A DNA stretch of 64,000 nt from positions 640,001 to 704,000 of the forward strand of contig CBDCFN010000016.1 in NCBI GenBank assembly GCA_965216315.1, written 5' to 3'. The notes under the pieces were generated by a model. It did not search any database, had not been told where the DNA came from, and saw only the letters and a list, made by a program, of their open reading frames with translations. This document shows, in pieces, positions 52,172 to 60,706 of this stretch. The translations under genes were made by a program, and so were the position numbers. Numbering within the stretch: the stretch's first letter is position 1; each line of letters begins with the position of its first letter. Source of the stretch: a bacterium (GTDB lineage Bacteria; UBA10199; 2-02-FULL-50-16; JAJFLM01).

Positions 52172-55100
52172 TTATGGAATGCGTCGGACTTCCCCAACGC
52201 GGTAATCGATTGCCCGACCGCTGGTCCAGGCCTCGCGATTGCCCGTGCGTTGATATTCCAATGTCGAAGAGACCAGTGCTTCCATGAAATTAACGACACC
52301 CGCGCGGCCCGTATCTGCGACCGTTCCGGTGTTGTCACTGCCGGACGGGCCTGAGTTAAGGATACCGGCGCGGAAGACCCAGTGACCACCGCCCTCGGCG
52401 GGGATGATCAGCCACCAGCCGGTGTTATCGAGGAAGTCGTCGAGGCCCGGAGAAGCCTCGAGACGCCAGGCCGAGAGACGGCCGACCGTGTTGACGGTTT
52501 CGGCGCTGGGTATGCTGCTGATGAGATAATCAAGAGCCAGTCCGCCAGGCAGAGAAATTGTTGAACTTGTGTAGGCACGTGCCGGATCAACGGTGCCGCT
52601 ACTCAGTGTTGGTGAAGGCACATTATCGGCACGGCTGAAGTTGCCCGCGTCGAGTCGATCATAGTCTTCAGCATGATGGATCGTGTCGATGAAGCGGTCG
52701 ATATCAACTGTGGTGTCGCTTCCATTCCACTCGAGCGTTTCCGGGACGTAATAAATGTTGAGCGAATCGACCGTATCACCCTGGCGGCGACTATCCTGAG
52801 AGATATTCGGATGAAAACGGTCGTCTTCGAAGACCAACACATCACCGAAATGATTGCTGCCGCGCATTTCAGTTGAACGGTTCTTGATGTGTTCGATAGT
52901 CAATAAATAGCGTTCCGTTGCTGATCCAAAGTCGGAGGCGATATCGCTCATCACGCTCGGCGGATTCAGCATGGTGGTGGCGAGGGCCATAAAGGCATCG
53001 GCACTGAGTTGAGTGTCCAGTCCGGAACTGGTGCGGAGTTCCTCGATGGGAATTTCCCGCGCCCGCATCCAGCGATTGAAGTCAGCTTCCGGGACCCCTA
53101 ATCGATCCACTAAGTACGGTCGGACATCACCTTCTTGAGCGGTTTCACCGATCGTCAAGATGGGCAGTTCCGTGGTTTCGCTGACGCCCATGGTCAAGAA
53201 GTCGACACGGCGGACGGTACTTGTTTCGGTTGAGCTTGTTGAATCATAAGGTAGCTCCGTGCGAATGTCGCGTGCTGTTGCACCCGGCGTGCGAATCAGA
53301 GCAAGGATATTTCCGGCCGTGACGGCGTAACGATTGGTCGAGTGGCGGGTGACACTGCTTTGCGGTGGTTCAAGGGCGCGTAGTGATCCGTTTAAGAAGC
53401 CTTCCCAGGTAATGCTTGGTTCCGTGCTGATGCGAGTCCGCGGAAAAGGGAGCTCATGGTCGGGTCCGTTAAAATCGGAATGTTCGTCAAAGACGACGAG
53501 GGTTCCATTGTCGACCGCTGCCCCCGTATCCGGGTCAATCGCGCCGGTGACCGGGATGAGACGGACGGTTCGGGTGTAAGCCTCCATGTCGTTGTCTTCG
53601 CTCGGTGTCATGTGAAAATGAATAATGCGGATATTGCCTTCGGTGCGTGTCGAGGTCGTGATTGTATAATCATAGTCGTTTAAGAGCTCACCTGTTGATG
53701 AAGAACCCGTTACGTTGACGTCATCCGTCCAGTGATCCCATGTGCCCATATTGGCAACATTGGTGAGAACCGCTTCGACCTCGGCTGGTGTTGCCGGCAG
53801 AATGGAGAGAAGCTGCATATCGCTACCGTCACCTTCCGACACGCTGTGATAATCATCGTTGCGGAAGATATGGCCATGGACGGGAAGTTGATTCCCTGAG
53901 TGGGTCAAGAGGTTGCCAAGGCTGCGCCGTACATTCGCGAGTGCGATTAATCCGCGGAGATCAAACTGGCGATGGGTTCCTCGCTCGGCCGTGGGGACGT
54001 TAAAGTAAGAATAGAGGAAGCTTTGTAAGTCGTCTTCTGAGTAGTGACTGCTGATCGCGGCGTCGCTGCGGACGGTACTGATAACTTCCGGGACTTCAAT
54101 GCGCAGATCACGCAGGATGGCATCGACATCGCTCCGGGGAATGCCTAAGGCCTCTTGCAGGATGCCAGGGACTTCCGAATGAATGGCCGGCGTTCCGCCT
54201 TCTTCGGCGGTTTGCGTAAAATATAAGGTAGGCGTTCCGGTTTGCTGATCCGACCAGACAACGGCCGGGCAGTCACTGGCGGTACAAACCGGAGGCGCGG
54301 GGAGGGCGCGTCGCACATCCAGTACCCCCTCCAAGGCCGTGCTCAGATTACCGAGCAGGTTGGCATCGGCAGTTAGGGTCACGTCTAGGGGCCCCGTCAT
54401 ATTGACGAAGATGTCGCCGCTTCCTGGCGGAATCGAGCGGCCCGTTGCGCGCTGGACGTTGGCGTGGGCTTCAGAGAGCCGCATCATATGAGTTTGTCCC
54501 TCGAGATCGCTTTGATATGTCGTCCACCGAGCACGATCCCAAGTAAAGAACTCCTCAAAGGTCGCCGGCGGAGTCGGCAGCGTCGGGGTCGGCGGTGTCG
54601 CCGTAAACCGGACTTCGTTGGTTGTTGGGTTAAAATGGACCTGGAGTCCGGGAATATGGGCCAGGGTGTCCAGGTTGGTCAGGTCGAGTTGCAGGGGCTG
54701 GCGGACATGACCGTCTACTTCAGAGTTAACGTTTAAGTCGCTGACATTGATAGTGATTTCTCCGTCGGGTGAAATCGAGCCGGTCACGCCGGCCGAGCTT
54801 TCGCTGCTGCCCGTAATGACGATCGTGTCGTCGGCCTCACCGACCGAGAAGGTCAGGCGGACCTGGCGTGGATCTCCATCGGGTCCCGGCAGCGTTTCAA
54901 ATTGGATCCCATCCGTTGGGTTGGCCGAAACACTCACCTGCTGGCCTTGGGGGTCCTGGTGAAAGTTAATATTGAGATCCGAGAACTCGCCTTCGTCGCC
55001 TTCAAAACCGGCAATCTCGAGGCTGGGGATGAAAATTTCCGGCGTGTCATCGCCGCTGCCAACGCTCGGAAGATTCCAGGTGCTGCTGATACTCGGATTG

Positions 55101-58100
55101 CTCGGGTCTCTCATGTCGACATCGATTTCACCGCGAAAGCCGCGGATTGGAATATTAAGGCGTGCGCCGGTTCCGACCGTAATCCCTTTGACTTCGAAGC
55201 CTTCGGTAATGCTACCACTCAAAACCGTTTCGGGGACATCGAGCTCAAAGTGGGCGCGGCCATCACGCATGTTGCCGCTGACGTTATAGGCCGTTGTCAT
55301 GTTGACGGTTCCGGAACCGATGACGTCGCCGTCGGCGTTGCGCGCGGTAACGGTCAAGTCGCCCGTTAAGGTGTAAGGATCGCTCGGAGTGCGCAGTCGC
55401 ATATTGGGACGCGCCAGATCAGAAATATCTAAAGAAGCCCGCACTTCTCCGGTCGGAGTGAGGTGACCCGTGATTTCATAGGTGATGCCGTCCTGGGTAT
55501 GGCTAAAGTTGACATCAAAGCCTTCGGGAGGCCGGACGCGTATGCTCATCTCGGCATTGTGGCCATCGATACGAACGCGACCGCGTGAGCTGCCACTGCC
55601 CGCATCAATGTCGATCGTTCCACCGGCGACATCAATCGTCTGATCACTTAATGGAATGCGGACGTGATACTCCGCCTCCGGGCTATCCGTCTGTATTCCC
55701 GTGATCTCGGCACTGGCGCGGGCAGTCAGCAAGGTCGTGCCGTCACTGACGACACGCATGACACTTTGCATGGGGAATGAAATCGAATCGACTTCCGTAA
55801 AATTATAGTAAGAGCGTCCCGCGCAGACACACATCTCATCAGCACTGGCATCCTCCATGACGTGAATGCTGTCAGGATCGATCTGAATTTCCGAGACATC
55901 AACGCGGGTTTGTGAAACACCACTGACACCTAAACGGTCACTTAGGTTGGTAACGCCGATGAAATCACCGGCGGCACTGAGTAGCGCGCCCATGTGGTTA
56001 TTGACGTGGGCTTGAATACGTAGCTGGCCGGCTTCGTTGTCGGAGATTTCCAGGGTTCCACCGCTCATCAAGGTGTTGGTGCTGCCGCCACTGATTTGGC
56101 GGACCGTTCCGCCTCGTAGTTCAAGGCGAATACCTCCGACTTGGGGCATCCAGTTGACGGGCGGGGCGTCTTCCGGGGCATCCGGAGCCGCTGACGTATT
56201 AATAAGTTCGACCGTTCCGACAAGCTGGCCGGTGAGCTCAAACGTACCTTGTGGGGTCGTGACGCGCAGGCCGTTGACCTGCGTGTTCACGCGGGCGGTT
56301 GCACAAAGGCCGAACTCAAGTCCGTCGCGGTCGCTGGTAATATTGATTCCTGGCGGTAGGACGTCGCCGTTAAACTCAGCCGTTGCGGCATCCCCAAACG
56401 TGCCTTCAGGGGCGTTGATCGCAATATCATCCCATTGACCAATGATCGCACCGCTGATGCTATTGATGCTGAGCTCGCGCCAACTATAACCCTCGTCGTT
56501 GGAGAAGTCGTGAATGCTGAGGTTGCTACGAAAATCTATATTCTGGTCATTGCCATCGACGTTGCCTTCGACGTGCGCGGTAAGCGGGATTTCTGCATCC
56601 ATACGATCTTCCTGGATCGTAAAGGTTCCGTCCGTAATTGAGATTGAGGCATCAGAACTGATCGCAAGGGTGCGCTCATCCGAGGGGCTGACGGTGCCGG
56701 CCAGATCATCGACGTTGATTGTGCCGTTAATCGTGCCGGAGAGTTGGTCAACGCCAAGCGGCGAATCGGGATTGATAGAAATGTTAGGATCCAACACAAT
56801 GCGTACGTCTTCGAGGCCGAGATAACCGCGATCGATCGCAACCGGGACGGGCGTCGGGTAGGCCCCGGTCGGCAGGGCAAAGCGACCGCCCATCTCGATC
56901 GTGATTGCCGTATCGTCGGCGACGACATCGAGATGACCGCGTTGTTCACCGCCGAAAGTCATGCCATCGACGGTGACGGGATCCATGTCGAGGTTCATGC
57001 TCGCGTGCAGCTCACCGCTGACTTCGACGGCACGCGGGTTGTCGGGGTCGTTGCCCGTATAATTGATTGAAAAATGTTCGGCACTCAGGGCGAGGTGATT
57101 GGCGCCATGCTCTTCAGCGCCGCGGCGAATACGCAAGGCAGGGAAATCCAGTCCTGAAATGACCGGGACGACAATGTCGCCATTGACGGTCATTTGCCCG
57201 TTGAGCGACACATGCGCCATTAAGTCTTCGGGGGTGCGCGTTGGAAACAGTCCCTTGAGTTGGGTCTCAATGCTCATGTCACCGGAAGCGGGCAGCGTAA
57301 TCTCTTGATCACCGACTTGGACGGAGGCAATGCTGAAACTCGTATCGAGATGGGCCTTGAGTTCACGTTGATGCCGCAGGTTAGCGAGTGTCGTCGCATC
57401 ACGTTCGCCGTTTTCCCAGGCTTCGAGTTCGGGGTTGTGGTAACTTACGTCGAAACCGAGCGCGTTATTGCCTTCGCCAAAATTAACCGTCATGGCGGGA
57501 TTGCCCATGATGGAAGGAATCTCAAGCTGATCGCCGGTCGCCTCTAAATCGCCGTTTAGTTTGACGTTGCGCACGATTGACAACGGATCATTTTGTAACC
57601 AAGTCGGGACGTTGCTGAGGTCAAAATTGGGATCCGGTCGACAACCGCGCGGGGCGGCAGCATGGAATATATCCGTTCCGAAGGCCTCGTGCGCTTGAGT
57701 GAGAAACTCGTCACCGATGCCGACCATTCTTTCGTTACTTAAATTGTAGGTCGTGGCATAAAATTGTTTGAACTCATCAAAGTTCATTAGACTGATTTCC
57801 GTCTGACGGCGCAGTAATTCACTGCGGGCGTAATCGACGTCGGTCACCGACGATTGAAAGATCTGACTGTAAAGTTCCAGTATTCCTGCTTCACTGACGC
57901 GTTGGTTTGCCGTGGCCATTTCTGCGGACAACGCCAGCAGAGACGAGACTGACCAGGAAGAGGGGAGACCATTATCGCGCAATGCAGTGGCGACAGGAAA
58001 AGTTTCAGTGACGCTGCTGCGGTTATCCGAATTGCAGACGAGTTCGCCGCCGGCATTGAGACCGTAGGGAAAAACATAGGGATTGTCGCCGACAATGCGG

Positions 58101-58591
58101 AGTTGATCATCAAAGGGCATCAGACCGAGGGCCGTTCCGTAGATGCGCGGGACACCATTGGCATCAAGGGCGAGTCGTTCCGCATTAAAGAGTGAACCAT
58201 CGGCACTCCACAGATTGCCGCTCACCGTGCCGCCGCCGACGTCGTAAAAACTAACGCCCGTGAGTCGGAGGAGATCGCCGCTCAGATCAAGCATGCCGTC
58301 GCGAATGACATAATCACCGGTCGCACTGATAGCGCCTCCGCGGGGAGCAAACTGACCACCGAGTCTTTCTAAGGACGTAAAACGATCGACAAAGAGGGGA
58401 TTGACGCCGTCGGCACCGCGATGGGGGAGGCGCGCATCGATTTCCAGGTGCAGGTTGCCGTTAACAGGCGCACCGAGGCTGTCGTCACGTCCGTCGCCGT
58501 TACCATCGCCAAGATTATTGGCGGGGTGCTGGGCGTAAAGGGTCCAATCGGGTGATCCGGTCCCTACCGAATTTCCGTCTCCATCTCCCAC
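52172..58591 (-). CDS. 2139-aa hypothetical protein: long beta-rich middle, C-terminal tandem START/SRPBCC-like modules, no signal peptide
   Basis: Long open frame; C-terminal half paralogous to the 60707 gene; start codon (GTG) uncertain. Confidence 0.8.
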   Translation of the reverse strand: MGDGDGNSVGTGSPDWTLYAQHPANNLGDGNGDGRDDSLGAPVNGNLHLEIDARLPHRGADGVNPLFVDRFTSLERLGGQFAPRGGAISATGDYVIRDGMLDLSGDLLRLTGVSFYDVGGGTVSGNLWSADGSLFNAERLALDANGVPRIYGTALGLMPFDDQLRIVGDNPYVFPYGLNAGGELVCNSDNRSSVTETFPVATALRDNGLPSSWSVSSLLALSAEMATANQRVSEAGILELYSQIFQSSVTDVDYARSELLRRQTEISLMNFDEFKQFYATTYNLSNERMVGIGDEFLTQAHEAFGTDIFHAAAPRGCRPDPNFDLSNVPTWLQNDPLSIVRNVKLNGDLEATGDQLEIPSIMGNPAMTVNFGEGNNALGFDVSYHNPELEAWENGERDATTLANLRHQRELKAHLDTSFSIASVQVGDQEITLPASGDMSIETQLKGLFPTRTPEDLMAHVSLNGQMTVNGDIVVPVISGLDFPALRIRRGAEEHGANHLALSAEHFSINYTGNDPDNPRAVEVSGELHASMNLDMDPVTVDGMTFGGEQRGHLDVVADDTAITIEMGGRFALPTGAYPTPVPVAIDRGYLGLEDVRIVLDPNISINPDSPLGVDQLSGTINGTINVDDLAGTVSPSDERTLAISSDASISITDGTFTIQEDRMDAEIPLTAHVEGNVDGNDQNIDFRSNLSIHDFSNDEGYSWRELSINSISGAIIGQWDDIAINAPEGTFGDAATAEFNGDVLPPGINITSDRDGLEFGLCATARVNTQVNGLRVTTPQGTFELTGQLVGTVELINTSAAPDAPEDAPPVNWMPQVGGIRLELRGGTVRQISGGSTNTLMSGGTLEISDNEAGQLRIQAHVNNHMGALLSAAGDFIGVTNLSDRLGVSGVSQTRVDVSEIQIDPDSIHVMEDASADEMCVCAGRSYYNFTEVDSISFPMQSVMRVVSDGTTLLTARASAEITGIQTDSPEAEYHVRIPLSDQTIDVAGGTIDIDAGSGSSRGRVRIDGHNAEMSIRVRPPEGFDVNFSHTQDGITYEITGHLTPTGEVRASLDISDLARPNMRLRTPSDPYTLTGDLTVTARNADGDVIGSGTVNMTTAYNVSGNMRDGRAHFELDVPETVLSGSITEGFEVKGITVGTGARLNIPIRGFRGEIDVDMRDPSNPSISSTWNLPSVGSGDDTPEIFIPSLEIAGFEGDEGEFSDLNINFHQDPQGQQVSVSANPTDGIQFETLPGPDGDPRQVRLTFSVGEADDTIVITGSSESSAGVTGSISPDGEITINVSDLNVNSEVDGHVRQPLQLDLTNLDTLAHIPGLQVHFNPTTNEVRFTATPPTPTLPTPPATFEEFFTWDRARWTTYQSDLEGQTHMMRLSEAHANVQRATGRSIPPGSGDIFVNMTGPLDVTLTADANLLGNLSTALEGVLDVRRALPAPPVCTASDCPAVVWSDQQTGTPTLYFTQTAEEGGTPAIHSEVPGILQEALGIPRSDVDAILRDLRIEVPEVISTVRSDAAISSHYSEDDLQSFLYSYFNVPTAERGTHRQFDLRGLIALANVRRSLGNLLTHSGNQLPVHGHIFRNDDYHSVSEGDGSDMQLLSILPATPAEVEAVLTNVANMGTWDHWTDDVNVTGSSSTGELLNDYDYTITTSTRTEGNIRIIHFHMTPSEDNDMEAYTRTVRLIPVTGAIDPDTGAAVDNGTLVVFDEHSDFNGPDHELPFPRTRISTEPSITWEGFLNGSLRALEPPQSSVTRHSTNRYAVTAGNILALIRTPGATARDIRTELPYDSTSSTETSTVRRVDFLTMGVSETTELPILTIGETAQEGDVRPYLVDRLGVPEADFNRWMRAREIPIEELRTSSGLDTQLSADAFMALATTMLNPPSVMSDIASDFGSATERYLLTIEHIKNRSTEMRGSNHFGDVLVFEDDRFHPNISQDSRRQGDTVDSLNIYYVPETLEWNGSDTTVDIDRFIDTIHHAEDYDRLDAGNFSRADNVPSPTLSSGTVDPARAYTSSTISLPGGLALDYLISSIPSAETVNTVGRLSAWRLEASPGLDDFLDNTGWWLIIPAEGGGHWVFRAGILNSGPSGSDNTGTVADTGRAGVVNFMEALVSSTLEYQRTGNREAWTSGRAIDYRVGEVRRIP

Positions 58592-58598
58592 GAGGCTG

Positions 58599-58625
58599 GT
58601 ATCGCGGCCCCCTTAAAAAGGTTGC
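58599..58625 (-). promoter_or_regulatory. putative alternative-sigma promoter GCAAC-N16-CGATAC
   Basis: Plus strand GTATCG...TAAAAAGGTTGCTAGG, closely similar to the 59434 site. Confidence 0.55.
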
Positions 58626-58843
58626 TAGGAAAACCGTCTGAAGGTCTTGAAATCACTAGGGTTTTCGAATTTTTCTAATGACGCACTGTGCTATGATCTG
58701 TGGATAAGTGAGATAAGATTGCAACACCATTGGGGAATTCGCGTGACGCGCTTTTTTGAGCAGGTGAATCCGGGAGTGGACAGAATTTAGGTGCCGCTTC
58801 CACCCTCCGTAGCTGTGCTACTGCGGAGGACGGGTGCTGCGCC

Positions 58844-59410
58844 CTAAAACAAAGGAAAGAAGTCGAGCCCAACGGCGAGCTGCAAACCAATCACAAGCCC
58901 GCCCTCGGCGTGATTGCCCATGTGTTCCGCATTTCCTTCACCGCCGATGTACAAACCACCCTGAATGTACGGATTGACGCGATTGACGGGGTAATTCATT
59001 GGTTGGGTCCAGGGCCGCCATTGCACTCCGAGGAGAATGCGGCCGCCATGGCGCTGTAGTCCGTTGTCGTATTGTTCGAAGGTATAGCCGAGGCCTGCAA
59101 AGGGCGTGAGCTGGCCGTCATAGGACCAGAGTTCGGCCGTGAAATAGGGCATGTGGCGCATGCCTGCGAGGGTCTTTTCGAAGGTATAGCCCAGGTTAAA
59201 ACCGAGTCCCTCGAAGGAGCCGTCTTGCGGGCTCTCACTGCGGGCGCGTCTGAGTGTCAGCGCGAAGTCAAAACCACCGCCGACGCTTCCATCCAGTACC
59301 TTGGAATCATTGTCGAAATAGCCGAGGTCAAAATTGGCGCTGCCGAGCGCACCGAGGCGAAAGCCGAAATAATTGGTCCTGAGCTGGCAGCCTAGATCTC
59401 CGTCACACAT
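58844..59410 (-). CDS. hypothetical outer-membrane beta-barrel-like protein without signal peptide
   Basis: Alternating amphipathic strands (GFNLGYTF, PFAGLGYTF, ILLGVQWRP, PYIQGGLY, GLQLAVGLDF) and C-terminal Phe. Confidence 0.6.
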   Translation of the reverse strand: MCDGDLGCQLRTNYFGFRLGALGSANFDLGYFDNDSKVLDGSVGGGFDFALTLRRARSESPQDGSFEGLGFNLGYTFEKTLAGMRHMPYFTAELWSYDGQLTPFAGLGYTFEQYDNGLQRHGGRILLGVQWRPWTQPMNYPVNRVNPYIQGGLYIGGEGNAEHMGNHAEGGLVIGLQLAVGLDFFPLF

Positions 59411-59433
59411 GGCAATCTACATCCTCTGCTAGT

Positions 59434-59461
59434 GGTTCGGCGGGCCCGAATAAAAAGTTGC
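59434..59461 (-). promoter_or_regulatory. putative alternative-sigma promoter GCAAC-N17-CGAACC
   Basis: Plus strand GGTTCG...TAAAAAGTTGCTAGG. Confidence 0.5.
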
Positions 59462-59528
59462 TAGGGTAATTTTCCGAAATTATTGGAAAATACTGTGTAG
59501 GGGCGCTGCTCGCCGTGCCAAATCAATT

Positions 59529-59987
59529 TTACGCGATCTCCCGGAGAATCCGTAAGGATTCGGAAATATGCTTTTTGGCCTGAAGCTGCGAATTAAAGAT
59601 GTGCCGCACCACGCCTTGTTTATCAATGATGTAGGTGACGCGCCCCGGCAAAAGGCCGAAGGTTGACGGGACCCCAAAGCTCTTGCGCACCTTGCCGCCG
59701 GGATCACTCAACAACACGAAGGGGAGGCGATGCTGCGCCGCAAACTCGGTATGGCTTTCCTCGGAATCGGAGCTGATACCGATGACCTCGGCGCCGAGTT
59801 CTTTGAAGTCCTCGTATTGATCGCGAAACGAACAGGCTTCAGCGGTACAGCCAGGCGTATTATCCTTTGGGTAAAAGTAGATCACGACCGCCTGTTGGTT
59901 GCGGTATTGTTGCAACGATACATCTTCACCGTCCGCATTCTTTAATGTGAAGTCCGGAGCGCTGTCGCCGACTTGGAGTTGGGGCAT
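59529..59987 (-). CDS. bcp: peroxiredoxin Q / BCP
   Basis: GDSAPDF, YFYPKDNTPGCTAEACSFRD, LLSD, GRVTYIID; the true start is MPQL at 59987. Confidence 0.95.
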   Translation of the reverse strand: MPQLQVGDSAPDFTLKNADGEDVSLQQYRNQQAVVIYFYPKDNTPGCTAEACSFRDQYEDFKELGAEVIGISSDSEESHTEFAAQHRLPFVLLSDPGGKVRKSFGVPSTFGLLPGRVTYIIDKQGVVRHIFNSQLQAKKHISESLRILREIA

Positions 59988-60022
59988 AGCTAATGCGAAA
60001 CAGAATAGAGTGACTTTGTCAA

Positions 60023-60697
60023 TTACAGCCTCAAACGCAATCCCGCCGTGATGCCGTTGGTGACAAGGGGATCGAGGAACTGGTGATTGTATTCGATGAA
60101 GCCGATTAGTAGTGGGTTGTCGCCGGTGATGCGGAACTGGGCGCCGATATCCATATTCAGCCACGGATGGACATTTTGGTCTTCGTAGGTCATCGCCGCG
60201 CCGCCCATGAGGTTGATGTACAGTGAGGCGACATCCGGGTAGGGGAGATGCACGGCAAAACCTCCGCTGACTGCCGTGAACTCATCCGTCGCCAAGATCT
60301 CGAGGCGTGGCATGAAAAAGACTCCGACGGGAGCATTTAAAGCAAAGTCGGGGAGTTGAAAAAGGATGGGCGGAATCAGGTCCGCAAACTGAACATCGAT
60401 GCGGCCGCCGCCATGGATCGCGCCGGTCTGCTCACGCCAGTACAGCATGCCGGCAAAACCCCAGCGGAGTCCCGGCATCAAAGGTCGCGCATGGAGGTCC
60501 GCTGGGGCTGGACGTGTCGTCCATGGCAATTCGGGAAATTCTTCGGGTGTCGAGACTGGAATTTCGCCGGTCTGGCACTGTTCATCCGCCGCCGCAGCAG
60601 GTGCAGCAGCTGGCGGCGTTGTTGCTTGGGGCGTGGGACCACCACTCGATGGTGGTGTTGCCTGCGCGAGCCGTAATGTCAGTTCATTTCCTCCCAT
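60023..60697 (-). CDS. hypothetical protein: Pro/Ala-rich N-terminus plus beta-barrel-like domain, no signal peptide
   Basis: AAGGAG RBS; strands HGGGRIDVQF, SGGFAVHL, LYINLMGG, MDIGAQFRI, GFIEYNHQF, ITAGLRLRL. Confidence 0.65.
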   Translation of the reverse strand: MGGNELTLRLAQATPPSSGGPTPQATTPPAAAPAAAADEQCQTGEIPVSTPEEFPELPWTTRPAPADLHARPLMPGLRWGFAGMLYWREQTGAIHGGGRIDVQFADLIPPILFQLPDFALNAPVGVFFMPRLEILATDEFTAVSGGFAVHLPYPDVASLYINLMGGAAMTYEDQNVHPWLNMDIGAQFRITGDNPLLIGFIEYNHQFLDPLVTNGITAGLRLRL

Positions 60698-60706
60698 AGT
60701 TTCTCC

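Noticed and set aside
59988..60164. N-terminal extension of bcp in the ORF track
   Set aside because: It overlaps the upstream gene; BCP homology starts at MPQL (59987).
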